64,000 nt of DNA from a virus (IMGVR_UViG_3300016657_000022:9512-73511); one strand, 5' to 3'; positions 24,410-34,090 are shown, counted from the first letter of the stretch. Numbers and translations: made by a program. The notes: generated from the letters alone by a model not told the origin.

Positions 24410-24600
24410 TTAATGGGGGCACCCCATGTATTATGTATTAAGCAAGTACCGGGGGGTACTTGGTATTACAAAGGGGTGGACCCCCACCCCCTACCCCCAG
24501 ACACACCATGAAAATCCGCCTATAGGCTCCCCCAAAATATATATATAATATGGGGGTCTATATACGCAGGTATGTTGGGGGTTACCTATCGTGCATGAAA
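24410..24600. other. probable genome terminus / terminal-repeat region
   Basis: Non-coding, homopolymer- and palindrome-rich (AAGTACC-GGGG-GGTACTT, GGGGTGG-ACCC-CCACCCC, CCCCCA-AT run-TGGGGG); lies at the switch between early and late strands. Confidence 0.55.
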
Positions 24601-24632
24601 AAACCCCCGGAGCGTTAGCTCAACGGGGGTTC
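24598..24632 (-). terminator. intrinsic terminator
   Basis: CCCCCG...CGGGGG stem plus UUUUUU on the minus strand. Confidence 0.6.
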
Positions 24633-25083
24633 TCTCGATGGGTTTGCGGCCCTCTTCATTTAACGTCTGATAGACGGGTAGATCAGTCACCGCTGCTGAG
24701 CAGCCCCCGAATACAGGTCGCTAAACCCTTAACCGGAGAGGAGTTCGGACCTCTACCTGTGGCAGTTATATGCCCCACTAACCACTGGGGTCAGGCACGC
24801 TCTCGCATACCACCGACTGAGCAAAATCACGAAACTCTGGTCGGCCTGACTGTGATATGTTGGTGAGGGAATTTATGCAAGAGGGATTTTCTTCTCTCCT
24901 CTTGGTTCAATAGGGAGGGGCGTTAGCCCTGACCGTTGGACAGCCTCCTCCGTTTCCTTCCTTCATATAATTAAAGGGGATCCGTGCTGGGCACCGTGTG
25001 TAACAGGATGGTCCGTCCCGTATTGTCAGATGGCTATATATGACCTAAAAGGGTGTGGCACAATGTGGTAAAGGAGCAACACT

Positions 25084-25410
25084 GTGACGATCAAGGATGA
25101 GAATGAGCATCTCAATCTGCTGACTGCATATCGGTCGGGGCAGGTATCGGAAGCCCAGTGGGTACAGCATCTGGCTGACCCTGAGTTCAAGGCTTTCGTG
25201 GAGAAGCAGACGGCTACCTCTTCGCAGCCCTTCGGTGTCCAGCCTGAGCAGCACGCATATATCTTGGAAGGGATCAACGATCTCCGGTGCCGGGTGAACG
25301 CACTTCCGAATAGTCGGGAGAAGAGCACCATGCTAACCAAGCTCGACGAGCTGCGTCACTGGAATGAGGATGATCGTCTTCGTTCCCACTTCGAGGCAGG
25401 AGGACATTGA
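25084..25410 (+). CDS. putative Acb2/Tad1-like hairpin nucleotide-sponge protein
   Basis: C-terminal LPNSREKSTMLTKLDELRHW fits the P.SRE.S...TKL.E...W pattern. Confidence 0.5.
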   Translation: MTIKDENEHLNLLTAYRSGQVSEAQWVQHLADPEFKAFVEKQTATSSQPFGVQPEQHAYILEGINDLRCRVNALPNSREKSTMLTKLDELRHWNEDDRLRSHFEAGGH

Positions 25411-25637
25411 GCCTCTACCAAGATACCCGGCTTCAGGATCTGGCGAAGATCGCCGCTGAAGGTGCCGGGAAGAATGCCGGGGTAGCTCCTCAGCTCCTCT
25501 TTGCCGACATCATGTTCATGTTGGTCGATGCCGTGGAGGACGGCAGGTTGCTCCTCCCTCCGAACCAGACCCCCAAGATGACTTGGGATGAGGTCTGGAA
25601 ACACTTTGACGACAAGCGTGTCGAGAACCGGGGTTAA
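25407..25637 (+). CDS. hypothetical protein
   Basis: 76 aa, TTG start coupled to the upstream stop. Confidence 0.55.
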   Translation: MSLYQDTRLQDLAKIAAEGAGKNAGVAPQLLFADIMFMLVDAVEDGRLLLPPNQTPKMTWDEVWKHFDDKRVENRG

Positions 25638-25666
25638 GAGTTACCCCCAACTTAATGAGGTAAAAA

Positions 25667-26416
25667 ATGAACGCTGTGACTGAAGACGAGCTGATCGAGC
25701 GTAGCCTCTATCCGCGAGTGACCTTCGACCAGCTTCAGGCCAACATCGTCGGCAAGAAGTTCATCCAGCATGACCTGCTGACCATCTGTGTCCTGACGCT
25801 GGCCAATGGCTTCACCGTTCTGGGGCAGTCGGCCTGTGCTGTGCCGGGCAACTTCAAGCTGGATGTCGGCCAGCGTCTGGCTGAGCAGGATGCCCAGAAC
25901 AAGATCTGGGCACTGATGGGCTATGAGCTGAAGACCAAGGTGGCTCTCGCCATGAAGGCGACTGGTCCGAGCAATCCCGAGCAGACCACCTTCGTCGGCA
26001 CCAAGGCAGTCCATGCCCAGCCGATGGATCGGGCGTCGTACAACTATCTCCGTGGCTGGGCACTGCCTGCCGACGAGAATGGTGAGGATGAGGGCTATCT
26101 GGTCGAGTATCCCGATCAGCCCGCCAACACTCTCATCTATCGGGGCTACGTGAGTTGGTCCCCGAAGGACGTGTTCGAGTCGGCCTATGAGAAAATCGAC
26201 CTCAAGGGCGAAGGCTCTGTCGGCGGTATGACGTGGGAAGCCCGTCTGGAGATCGAGGCGACCGAACTCAAGGAGCGGATCGACAAACTGCAAGCCTTCA
26301 TGGAAGGCGACCTGTTCACGTCGATCCCGAAGAGTGCCCGTTCGGTTCTGGCCGACCAGAAGCAGGTGATGGACACCTACTACTCCATCCTCTCCCTCCG
26401 ATTGCTCGGAGCATAA
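25667..26416 (+). CDS. three-domain fusion: N4 gp49/Sf6 gp66-family domain + GTK...SWSPK domain + helical-hairpin domain
   Basis: PRVT...LTICVLTLANGFTVLGQSAC..P.NF...VG..LA.QDA.NKIW.LMGYELK; FVGTK..HAQPM.R..YN..RGW..P.DEN..DEGYLVEY...YVSWSPKDVFESAY; RLEIEA.EL.ERI.KL.AF...Q..VM..Y..IL.LR. Confidence 0.75.
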   Translation: MNAVTEDELIERSLYPRVTFDQLQANIVGKKFIQHDLLTICVLTLANGFTVLGQSACAVPGNFKLDVGQRLAEQDAQNKIWALMGYELKTKVALAMKATGPSNPEQTTFVGTKAVHAQPMDRASYNYLRGWALPADENGEDEGYLVEYPDQPANTLIYRGYVSWSPKDVFESAYEKIDLKGEGSVGGMTWEARLEIEATELKERIDKLQAFMEGDLFTSIPKSARSVLADQKQVMDTYYSILSLRLLGA

Positions 26417-26639
26417 GGACGAGTCCGGGCCGAAGCCCCGCGAAGACGTGAGCGCCAGCGAACGGCGAGCAAGGGGCGAGGGGCACGGGCGAAGTCCGCA
26501 TATAAGTTGGGGAGAGTATCGGGCGACCAACCCACTCTCCCCAACCACACTCTTTCGAGAGACAGGAAAACCCAGAAACCTGTCTTGGAACCAGTGAGGC
26601 AAACAGCCTCGGACCACAACGCTAATTATCGAGGGTCGC

Positions 26640-27341
26640 GTGAACGCCATTACACTCATGACGCGGGCAGACATTGAGAAGGCTCTTCCAGCCAACCTCA
26701 AGTCGTCGGCAACTCAGGCCCTGACCGACGCGATCAACCAGATCACCACGGATCCGGTGCTGGCTGAGCATATCCGCGAGAACTTCATCACCTACACCCA
26801 TGTTCTTCAGGAAGGGAAGTGGAGTGCTGAGCAGTACGCGAATGCCGTTACCTATGTGACGCACAAGCTCATGGGCCGGACGAACCAAGACGCATATGCT
26901 CTTACGTTCCCGGATCGTATGAATGAGCTGGTTGCTCGTGGCACCACGTCCAAGGACATCAGCGCCTACGTTGCCGCTTACCACAAAGGTAAGTTGGTGA
27001 ACGCGATCATGGAGAAGTGCCTGATCCCGGTCCATGTCCAATATGTGGACGTGTACCACAAGGCGATCTCGGTACAGCTAGATCTGATGCAGAACAGTCA
27101 GAGCGACAAGGTTCGACAGGACGCAGCCAACTCGATCCTCACCCATCTGGCCAAGCCGAAGGAGCAGGCTCCGACCGTGGCCGTTCAGGTGAACGTCAAC
27201 TCCGAACTCGATGCCATGAAGAAGATGATGGGCAACTTGGCCCAAGCCCAACTTGATGCTATCGACGGTGGGATGACAGCAAAGGATCTGGCGGGGCAGG
27301 TTCTGATCGAACAAGAGACCAAGACTGATGACGCTGATTAA
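26640..27341 (+). CDS. N4 gp69-like protein (putative terminase small subunit)
   Basis: Immediately upstream of TerL; SAYVAAY.KGKLVN.I.EK, S.KVRQDAANSIL.HL.KP. Confidence 0.7.
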   Translation: MNAITLMTRADIEKALPANLKSSATQALTDAINQITTDPVLAEHIRENFITYTHVLQEGKWSAEQYANAVTYVTHKLMGRTNQDAYALTFPDRMNELVARGTTSKDISAYVAAYHKGKLVNAIMEKCLIPVHVQYVDVYHKAISVQLDLMQNSQSDKVRQDAANSILTHLAKPKEQAPTVAVQVNVNSELDAMKKMMGNLAQAQLDAIDGGMTAKDLAGQVLIEQETKTDDAD

Positions 27342-28920
27342 GCAGGATCTCGATGAATGGCTGGATCAGGTGGACTACTCCCACCTGAACAGCACGGAGT
27401 TCAAGCCGTCTGGCTTCTCGCTCCAGTTCATGAACTTCATCAAGATGGTCAACGGATCTGAGGGGGAGTCCCATAAGACTCCCCCCGTGCATCTGGCCAT
27501 GCTCGACAAGATCACCGAGCCGACATCCTACATCGCCAACCTGTGCTTTCGTGGGGCCGCAAAGACCACGCTGTTCGCGGAATACTTCTTCCCGTTCGTC
27601 GCGATGATGGGTGAACTCCCCAACTTCGGGGAAGTTTCCGGTGCCATCTACGTGTCCGACTCGATGGACAACGGCGTCAAGAGCCTGCGACGGAACATGG
27701 AGTTCCGTTACAACAACAGCCCGTTCCTTCAGAAGTGGCTGCCCAAGGCGACCTTCACGGACGCCTATATCGAGTTCGAGAACATCGCTGGCCACAAGTT
27801 CGGCCTCAAGATGTTCGGTGCGAAGACCGGCCTGCGTGGTACGAAGATCTTCGGTAAGCGACCCACCCTCTGCGTGCTGGATGACCTTGTGTCTGATGAC
27901 GATAGCAAGTCGCAGGCCAGCATGATCGCGATCAAGGATACGGTCTACAAGGGCGTGAACCACGCTCTCGATCCGACGAAGCGGAAGGTCATCTTCAACG
28001 GCACGCCGTTCAACAAGGATGACATTCTCATCGAGGCGGTCGAAAGCGGCGCTTGGGACGTGAACGTCTGGCCCGTATGTGAGCGGTTCCCCTGTGAACG
28101 CGATGAGTTCTGTGGAGCATGGGAGGATCGCTTCTCCTTCGACTATGTGCAGGCCCAGTATGACATGGCCGTCAAAACAGGCAAGCTCTCTGCGTTCATG
28201 CAGGAGCTGATGCTTCGCATTACGTCTGAAGAAGAGCGTCTCGTTCAGGACGATGAGATCCGTTGGTATCCTCGTATGAACCTTCTGGTGAACCGAGGCA
28301 CATACAACTTTTATATCACCACGGATTTTGCTACATCGTCTAAGCAGACTGCCGACTACTCGGTCATCAGTGTCTGGGCGTACAACGCCAATGGAGACTG
28401 GTTCTGGGTGGATGGCATTGCCGAGCGCCAGACCATGGACAAGACGGTGGATGATCTCTTCCGCTTGGTTCAGTTCTACAAGCCTCAGCGGGTGGGCATC
28501 GAGATCACTGGCCAGCAGGGGGGTTTCATCCCTTGGCTTCAGACCGAGATGCAGAACCGCAATGTGTGGTTCAACTTCGCCACATCCAATCCGAAGAGCA
28601 ATACGCCCGGCATCCGACCTACGGTGGACAAGCTGAGCCGCTTCAATGTCGTCGTTCCTTGGTTCAAGATGGGCAAGATCTACTGGCCCAAGGAGATGGA
28701 ACGCACGGTCATTATGGGCATGTTCATCGGGCAGATCCGCCTCGCCACGGTCTCTGGGATCAAAGGCAAGGATGACTGTTTGGATACGGTGTCGATGCTC
28801 CAATACATGAACCCATGGAAGCCTTCCGAGTCGGCCCCGGCGACACCGCATGAGATCGACATCTGGGAAGAGCAGCAGGCACAGGAACAGGTCTCGGGCC
28901 TGAACTCCTATATCGTGTGA
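27328..28920 (+). CDS. terL: terminase large subunit
   Basis: CFRGAAKTT Walker A, LCVLDDL Walker B, YITTDFA nuclease motif, KDDCLDTVSML. Confidence 0.93.
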   Translation: MTLIKQDLDEWLDQVDYSHLNSTEFKPSGFSLQFMNFIKMVNGSEGESHKTPPVHLAMLDKITEPTSYIANLCFRGAAKTTLFAEYFFPFVAMMGELPNFGEVSGAIYVSDSMDNGVKSLRRNMEFRYNNSPFLQKWLPKATFTDAYIEFENIAGHKFGLKMFGAKTGLRGTKIFGKRPTLCVLDDLVSDDDSKSQASMIAIKDTVYKGVNHALDPTKRKVIFNGTPFNKDDILIEAVESGAWDVNVWPVCERFPCERDEFCGAWEDRFSFDYVQAQYDMAVKTGKLSAFMQELMLRITSEEERLVQDDEIRWYPRMNLLVNRGTYNFYITTDFATSSKQTADYSVISVWAYNANGDWFWVDGIAERQTMDKTVDDLFRLVQFYKPQRVGIEITGQQGGFIPWLQTEMQNRNVWFNFATSNPKSNTPGIRPTVDKLSRFNVVVPWFKMGKIYWPKEMERTVIMGMFIGQIRLATVSGIKGKDDCLDTVSMLQYMNPWKPSESAPATPHEIDIWEEQQAQEQVSGLNSYIV

Positions 28921-28926
28921 GGTGGT

Positions 28927-29628
28927 ATGAAGCTGGACGATCTCTTCAGTACCTTGGCTCTCGGCGAACTCAGCAACCTCTCCATCGCTGAGGGAGGCGT
29001 GCTGGCAGATGCCGCCAAGCCGAAGGTACGCAATGCGATCAACAAGGCGATGATGAAGCTCTATACGAAGTTCATCGTCTCCAAGAATGATCTCATCATC
29101 GACATGCAGATGGGAGTGACCAACTACCATCTGCTCTCGAAATATGCCTACAGCTCGGCTGATCCTGAATTGGACCGGGAGCCGTATATCCGGGATTTCC
29201 TTGGTGAGCCTTTCAAAGAGGATGTCATCAAGATCCTTGAGGTCTACGCCGATAACGGTCAGCGGCTTCCGCTGAATGATGCGAACCAGCCGATGTCGGT
29301 CTTCACACCGCAATACAATGTGCTGCATGTGCCGAAGTCGGATGGGCGTCATTCACTCAGTCTGATCTACCAAGCAGCCCCTTGGCCGGTCACTCAGGAG
29401 ACCTCCGGGGACACTGAACTGATCGTCCCCGATGTGTTGGAGGAGGCTCTCTGCTCCTACATCGGCTACTTGATGCACACTGACATGGGCACCCAAGAGT
29501 CGATCAATAAGGGTCAGACCCTACTCGCCCGGTACAATGACGGCGTTGATACGGCGACATTGCAGGATCTCGTGAATACGAGTATCTCCACTACTGATGA
29601 AAAATTCCACATGCGAGGTTTCGCCTGA
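28927..29628 (+). CDS. N4 gp67-like virion (head-tail adaptor) protein
   Basis: L.LGELSNL, LYTKF, DVIKILEVY...G..LPLND; synteny. Confidence 0.7.
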   Translation: MKLDDLFSTLALGELSNLSIAEGGVLADAAKPKVRNAINKAMMKLYTKFIVSKNDLIIDMQMGVTNYHLLSKYAYSSADPELDREPYIRDFLGEPFKEDVIKILEVYADNGQRLPLNDANQPMSVFTPQYNVLHVPKSDGRHSLSLIYQAAPWPVTQETSGDTELIVPDVLEEALCSYIGYLMHTDMGTQESINKGQTLLARYNDGVDTATLQDLVNTSISTTDEKFHMRGFA

Positions 29629-31814
29629 TGCGTGCTCCCTTTGATCCTTACGGTGCGGCCAGCCCCGCCATCGACCAGCAGCTCGGCGATGCCTTTCAGG
29701 TGGTCCGCTTCGTTGCCCGACACATTCCTGAGATCGCTTCGGTGGCCTACCACATGGAAGGTCTCTACAAGCTGGTGTCGGCTGGCGGCAAGGCCAACGC
29801 TGATCTTCTCGGCCTGCCCCCGGAGGCGCTGAACCTCGGTGAGATGGAAGGCTCGATCATCCCGGATGACTCGACCGTCTATGCTGCCCTCCAGATCATC
29901 GCTACCTTCGTCGAGAACCTGAAGGAGCAGACTGACAATCTGCTGTCTGATATGGGTAATTTCGTCGGAACCACCATTCCCGATCAAGTCAGTCTGCATG
30001 ATGCCCTTCAGGCTCTGGAGACGGCTATCGAGCGTGTGTTCTCCGAAGCCCCCGTGCTCTCTACGCAAGAACAGGCCGAGGAAGGCACGGACAATACGAC
30101 CGTAATGTCGCCTCTTCGGACGGCTCAGGCTATTGCCGCACAGACCGAGAGCAAGTTCGATGACATCGACGACTCTCTGGCTGCCCGTCCCACGGCGGCG
30201 GCTCTTGCTCTTGCCGGTGGTGCTGCGACCATTGGAACCTCGACGGGTGAGACTGTTGAGGCCTCCTTGGCTCGGCTGTCCTCGCTGAAGATCATCAGCC
30301 TTTTCCAGTTCATGACGGAAGAGGAGATCCTTGATGTCACGAGCGGCACCCCGACGCTGGATGTCGCTCACGCATTTCAGGCTCTCGTTGACTACTGCTT
30401 CGAGAACAAGTCGGTTGCCTACATCCCCGATGTGAATGCCCTTCTGGGTTCGCAGATTGTCTCAAAGGTCAGCGTCAGCATCTTGTGCCATCCCTATGGC
30501 CTGTTGAAGTGGACCAGCCTGTCTTCGTGCGGCTGGAAGGTTACTGGTCAGGGCACCGGAACCCGCCCGGGATACGCTTCCATCGAACTGCCCCAGCTTC
30601 TGGGTCCGAACGACTATTCGGCCTATTACACCAACAAGGTGTATAGTGTCGCTGGCTGTTCCTTCACCGGCAGCATCTCGGGCACGACCCTGACGGTATC
30701 GGCTATCTCTGGTGGCCGGATCGGGGTCGGTTCTCCTGTTACTGGTTCCGGTGTTGCTGCTGGAACCAAGATCACGGGGGTTGGCTCGGGTAACGGCAAC
30801 ACGGGCACCTATGCGGTGAACGTGAACCAGAACGTGGCATCGACTGCGATGAATGCGGCTGCCTTCACCGGCATCGCTCTGCACATCGAAGACTGCATCT
30901 GGACGAATGTGCGTGTTCAGCAGATCACCGGCTGGGGTGCTGGTGTGAAGATGTCGAACACGAACATTCCCACGGATAACAACCACTTCGTCATCGGCAC
31001 GACCGACATCTGCTTCTACGGGCTTCTCATTGAATGCCCGTCTGGTGCGACGAGTGCGGTTGGGCAGTCTCGCTTCGATACGATGAACATCTTCGCTTAC
31101 TACCCCATCTACATCCGTGCTGCTTCCGGCACGGGTGGCGTCTTCGAGTGCGAGATCAACGCCTTGGGCATGGGTGTCTCCGAGGAAGGTGGCTCCTGCG
31201 TCTATTTCGAGGGGCCGGGCAACATCTCGGATATGCGGATCAAGGGTAAGGCGTTCAATGGGTACACCCCCAACGATAGCCCCGCCTCCACTCCGACGAC
31301 CATGCGAGGCCGTCTCGTGACCGGCAATTATGGCAGCACGGATGGTTATGCCAACGGCTCCCGTAACTATTTCGATCTGCATATTGCAGAATACCTGCCG
31401 GTTGCTGGGAACCCCATTGCGATCAAGGTTCGGGGACCGGGCAGCAAGGCCAACATCATGGCCCCCAGCTCTCGGGTGGACAACCCGTACACCTCGAATG
31501 CTCTGTCCACGACGGCTGGTGAGGCTAACTATAACGGCGGTGTGGGTGGTGCTGCTATCCATCCGATCACCCGCGTCAGTTGCTCTCTGGCTTCTCTGGA
31601 TCCGGGTGCTGTGGTCGATTTCTATTTCTATCACCAGCGCCTGAACCCGGATAACATCGAAGCCTTTGAGGTCATCCAGAATGATAACATCAGTCCTCTG
31701 ATGATCTTCACCCAGAACGATGCACCGACGACCGAGCGTCAGGGTCGCATTCGCATCATGAACCCCACTGCCTCGGCACAGGTGGTGGGTCTCAATCTCT
31801 GGGTCAAAGTGTAA
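29628..31814 (+). CDS. tail fibre/tailspike 1
   Basis: N4-like N-terminal anchor (IDQQLGDAFQVVRFVA), Gly/Thr-rich beta-helix-like body. Confidence 0.75.
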   Translation: MRAPFDPYGAASPAIDQQLGDAFQVVRFVARHIPEIASVAYHMEGLYKLVSAGGKANADLLGLPPEALNLGEMEGSIIPDDSTVYAALQIIATFVENLKEQTDNLLSDMGNFVGTTIPDQVSLHDALQALETAIERVFSEAPVLSTQEQAEEGTDNTTVMSPLRTAQAIAAQTESKFDDIDDSLAARPTAAALALAGGAATIGTSTGETVEASLARLSSLKIISLFQFMTEEEILDVTSGTPTLDVAHAFQALVDYCFENKSVAYIPDVNALLGSQIVSKVSVSILCHPYGLLKWTSLSSCGWKVTGQGTGTRPGYASIELPQLLGPNDYSAYYTNKVYSVAGCSFTGSISGTTLTVSAISGGRIGVGSPVTGSGVAAGTKITGVGSGNGNTGTYAVNVNQNVASTAMNAAAFTGIALHIEDCIWTNVRVQQITGWGAGVKMSNTNIPTDNNHFVIGTTDICFYGLLIECPSGATSAVGQSRFDTMNIFAYYPIYIRAASGTGGVFECEINALGMGVSEEGGSCVYFEGPGNISDMRIKGKAFNGYTPNDSPASTPTTMRGRLVTGNYGSTDGYANGSRNYFDLHIAEYLPVAGNPIAIKVRGPGSKANIMAPSSRVDNPYTSNALSTTAGEANYNGGVGGAAIHPITRVSCSLASLDPGAVVDFYFYHQRLNPDNIEAFEVIQNDNISPLMIFTQNDAPTTERQGRIRIMNPTASAQVVGLNLWVKV

Positions 31815-31852
31815 CTGATCGTCGAACTACATTATTTGAGGTACTAGCTATC

Positions 31853-33715
31853 ATGGCCATTCCTGATTTCATCCCGCTCGATCAGTTCCGCAATCTGGAC
31901 TGGATGAGCAGCCGTTTTCCCCGACCGGATCGGGCGAGCTATATCAAGGCTCTGGAGCAGAGTATCTCTGATATTCAGGCTCTCCTTGGTACGCCGGAAG
32001 GCGACCGTAATATGGGCATTTTCTCTGGAGAAATCCTATCCGACAGTGCAACTTTGAAGGTTGTTCTTCAGGAGATCGAAAATAAACTGTCTCAGTTGTA
32101 TTCTGAAGCTCCTGTAGTTGCCTCGGAAGTGGAAGCACAAGAAGGCACGAACAATCGTAAGATCATGACCCCGCTACGGGTGGGTCAAGTTCTTGATGAG
32201 AAGTCCACTAAGGTTAAGGCAAATGCTGAACCCCTTGGTATTGAGGCTGAAGCGACTTCTGCCGGGAGCTACGGCAGCGTTGTTATCCCCGGCGATAGCA
32301 CCTTTAAGTCTGCTTTGACCCTTCTTGCCGCAGCCGTTGATGGTTACGACCTAAATCTTGATGATTTCGGTGGAATTGGGTCGGGTGCCTACAATAACAA
32401 TACTGCAATCCTCGCTGCTCTCGCTGCGGACCCCAATCGTGTTGTTAACCTTACCACTTCCCGCCGTGGGACCGGCAGGTTCCTCACCAATACCAGCTTC
32501 TATGGCTACCTGAACTGCCGCTTCACTGGTAGCGGCCAGCTTGTGGTGGGTGGTAAGGGTCAGGCTCGTGATCGAGCCTTCATCACGAATGAAGTTGTTG
32601 ACCCTGATTATAACACACTAGAAAACTATTTTGACGGCGATTGGTCGAAGCAAATCAGCACTCGTTTTACCTTCGTCGGGCAGAATGTTGGCACCACACC
32701 AATTACTCAGTATCGTTTGCTTGACCGCGCCTCACAAGAGGCGAATATGTTCGTCAACGCTGGCGGTGCCAATACCTCGACCGGCAATCAGTCTGGCGGA
32801 CGCACAGGCATTTTCCGCGAAGCTACGAAAATGATCCAAGGCGGGCAGGGCGACCTGATGGCCCGCTATACGAATTTCTATTCGTATAGTGTCCGCGCCG
32901 GGGCCACGCATTTCCTCGCAAACCCTGCTGTATCTCTTGACGCAGCGGATTGGTTCGCCGGGGCAGACGGTGGTTATTACCAACATTATGAGGTAAACTT
33001 TCACGACAACGGCTATGCCATCGCAGTGGGTAGTGTATCCAACTATGACCGCACAAATTCTGGAAATACCCAGAGCCAGACGTGGAAGCATCGGTTCGTA
33101 AATTCGCGTGGTACTCAACCAATTGATATTGTGTATCAGTCCATTGGCCTGATCCATTGCCACACCGATGTTTCGTCGGCCACTCTCACAAATGGTTGCG
33201 CTTTCGCATTGAAGGCAGACCAGCGCATCTACTACGATGTGACACCTGTTGCCGATCCGATTGGTGTAACAGGTGTGCCGATAGTATCGGATACGTGGCA
33301 GGGTTATGATAGCGCCACGTCATCCATGATGGTCAGCCTTGCGGCTGGGAAAAAGTTCAGCATTAAGAACCCGTCTGTTACGCTCACCGCTGACCCGACC
33401 GCATGGGCAACCCCGGCACTCTCGAACAGCTGGGTGGCGAATACGTCTAATGGTGAGGTCGCCCCCCAATACCGTCGAGATATGGGCGGTAAGGTCGTAC
33501 TCCGTGGCCACGCATCTGGCGGTGCAGATAATACGGCAATGTTCACGCTACCCATCGGCTACCGCCCACCGTATCGTATGCGGTTTGCCTCTAACAGCCT
33601 TGGAGGACTATGCACCATCACGATTGATCCTGATGGTGTCGTGTTCGTTCTCGGTTCGGCAGGCTCCTCGCCTAAATATGCTGGATTGGATGGTATCTCT
33701 TTTGAACTTTCCTGA
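31853..33715 (+). CDS. tail fibre/tailspike 2
   Basis: Shares a repeat module with fibre 1; C-terminal W...LSNSW...PQYRRD.GG.VVLRG...FTLP.GYRP fibre domain. Confidence 0.72.
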   Translation: MAIPDFIPLDQFRNLDWMSSRFPRPDRASYIKALEQSISDIQALLGTPEGDRNMGIFSGEILSDSATLKVVLQEIENKLSQLYSEAPVVASEVEAQEGTNNRKIMTPLRVGQVLDEKSTKVKANAEPLGIEAEATSAGSYGSVVIPGDSTFKSALTLLAAAVDGYDLNLDDFGGIGSGAYNNNTAILAALAADPNRVVNLTTSRRGTGRFLTNTSFYGYLNCRFTGSGQLVVGGKGQARDRAFITNEVVDPDYNTLENYFDGDWSKQISTRFTFVGQNVGTTPITQYRLLDRASQEANMFVNAGGANTSTGNQSGGRTGIFREATKMIQGGQGDLMARYTNFYSYSVRAGATHFLANPAVSLDAADWFAGADGGYYQHYEVNFHDNGYAIAVGSVSNYDRTNSGNTQSQTWKHRFVNSRGTQPIDIVYQSIGLIHCHTDVSSATLTNGCAFALKADQRIYYDVTPVADPIGVTGVPIVSDTWQGYDSATSSMMVSLAAGKKFSIKNPSVTLTADPTAWATPALSNSWVANTSNGEVAPQYRRDMGGKVVLRGHASGGADNTAMFTLPIGYRPPYRMRFASNSLGGLCTITIDPDGVVFVLGSAGSSPKYAGLDGISFELS

Positions 33716-33757
33716 TAAAAGGAAAGTCCGGCAGTATGTGGGAAAGAGATAATTATT

Positions 33758-34090
33758 ATGTCTGAGACTGTTGAGGTACGGGTCGCACGCCTCGAAGAGC
33801 AGCTCAAGTTTCTGGTGGAAGATGCTCGGGAGGCCAAAACCTCCCGAGGTCGCCAGTACGAGAGCATCGAAGCGTTGAGCAAAGCGGTCACTTTGATGGC
33901 CACCGAAGTCTCGGACGTGAAGGGTAAGCTCGCTGGGCAGGCCCCAACCATCGAAGAGTTCATCACGATCAAACACAAGGTCGTGGGGGCAGGCAAATTG
34001 GGGAAATGGGTATGGGTCACGCTCGGCGGACTCATCACCTTCCTGTTCTCCAGTCGTGAGGCGATTATCGGATGGCTGACGAAGCAGTGA
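33758..34090 (+). CDS. N4 gp63-like holin/antiholin (coiled coil + C-terminal TM)
   Basis: VARLEEQL...; KWVWVTLGGLITFLF; first gene of the lysis cassette. Confidence 0.55.
   Translation: MSETVEVRVARLEEQLKFLVEDAREAKTSRGRQYESIEALSKAVTLMATEVSDVKGKLAGQAPTIEEFITIKHKVVGAGKLGKWVWVTLGGLITFLFSSREAIIGWLTKQ

Noticed and set aside
24591-24866. 91-aa plus-strand ORF near the terminus
   Set aside because: No RBS, atypical codon use, and it overlaps hairpins and a terminator better explained as non-coding
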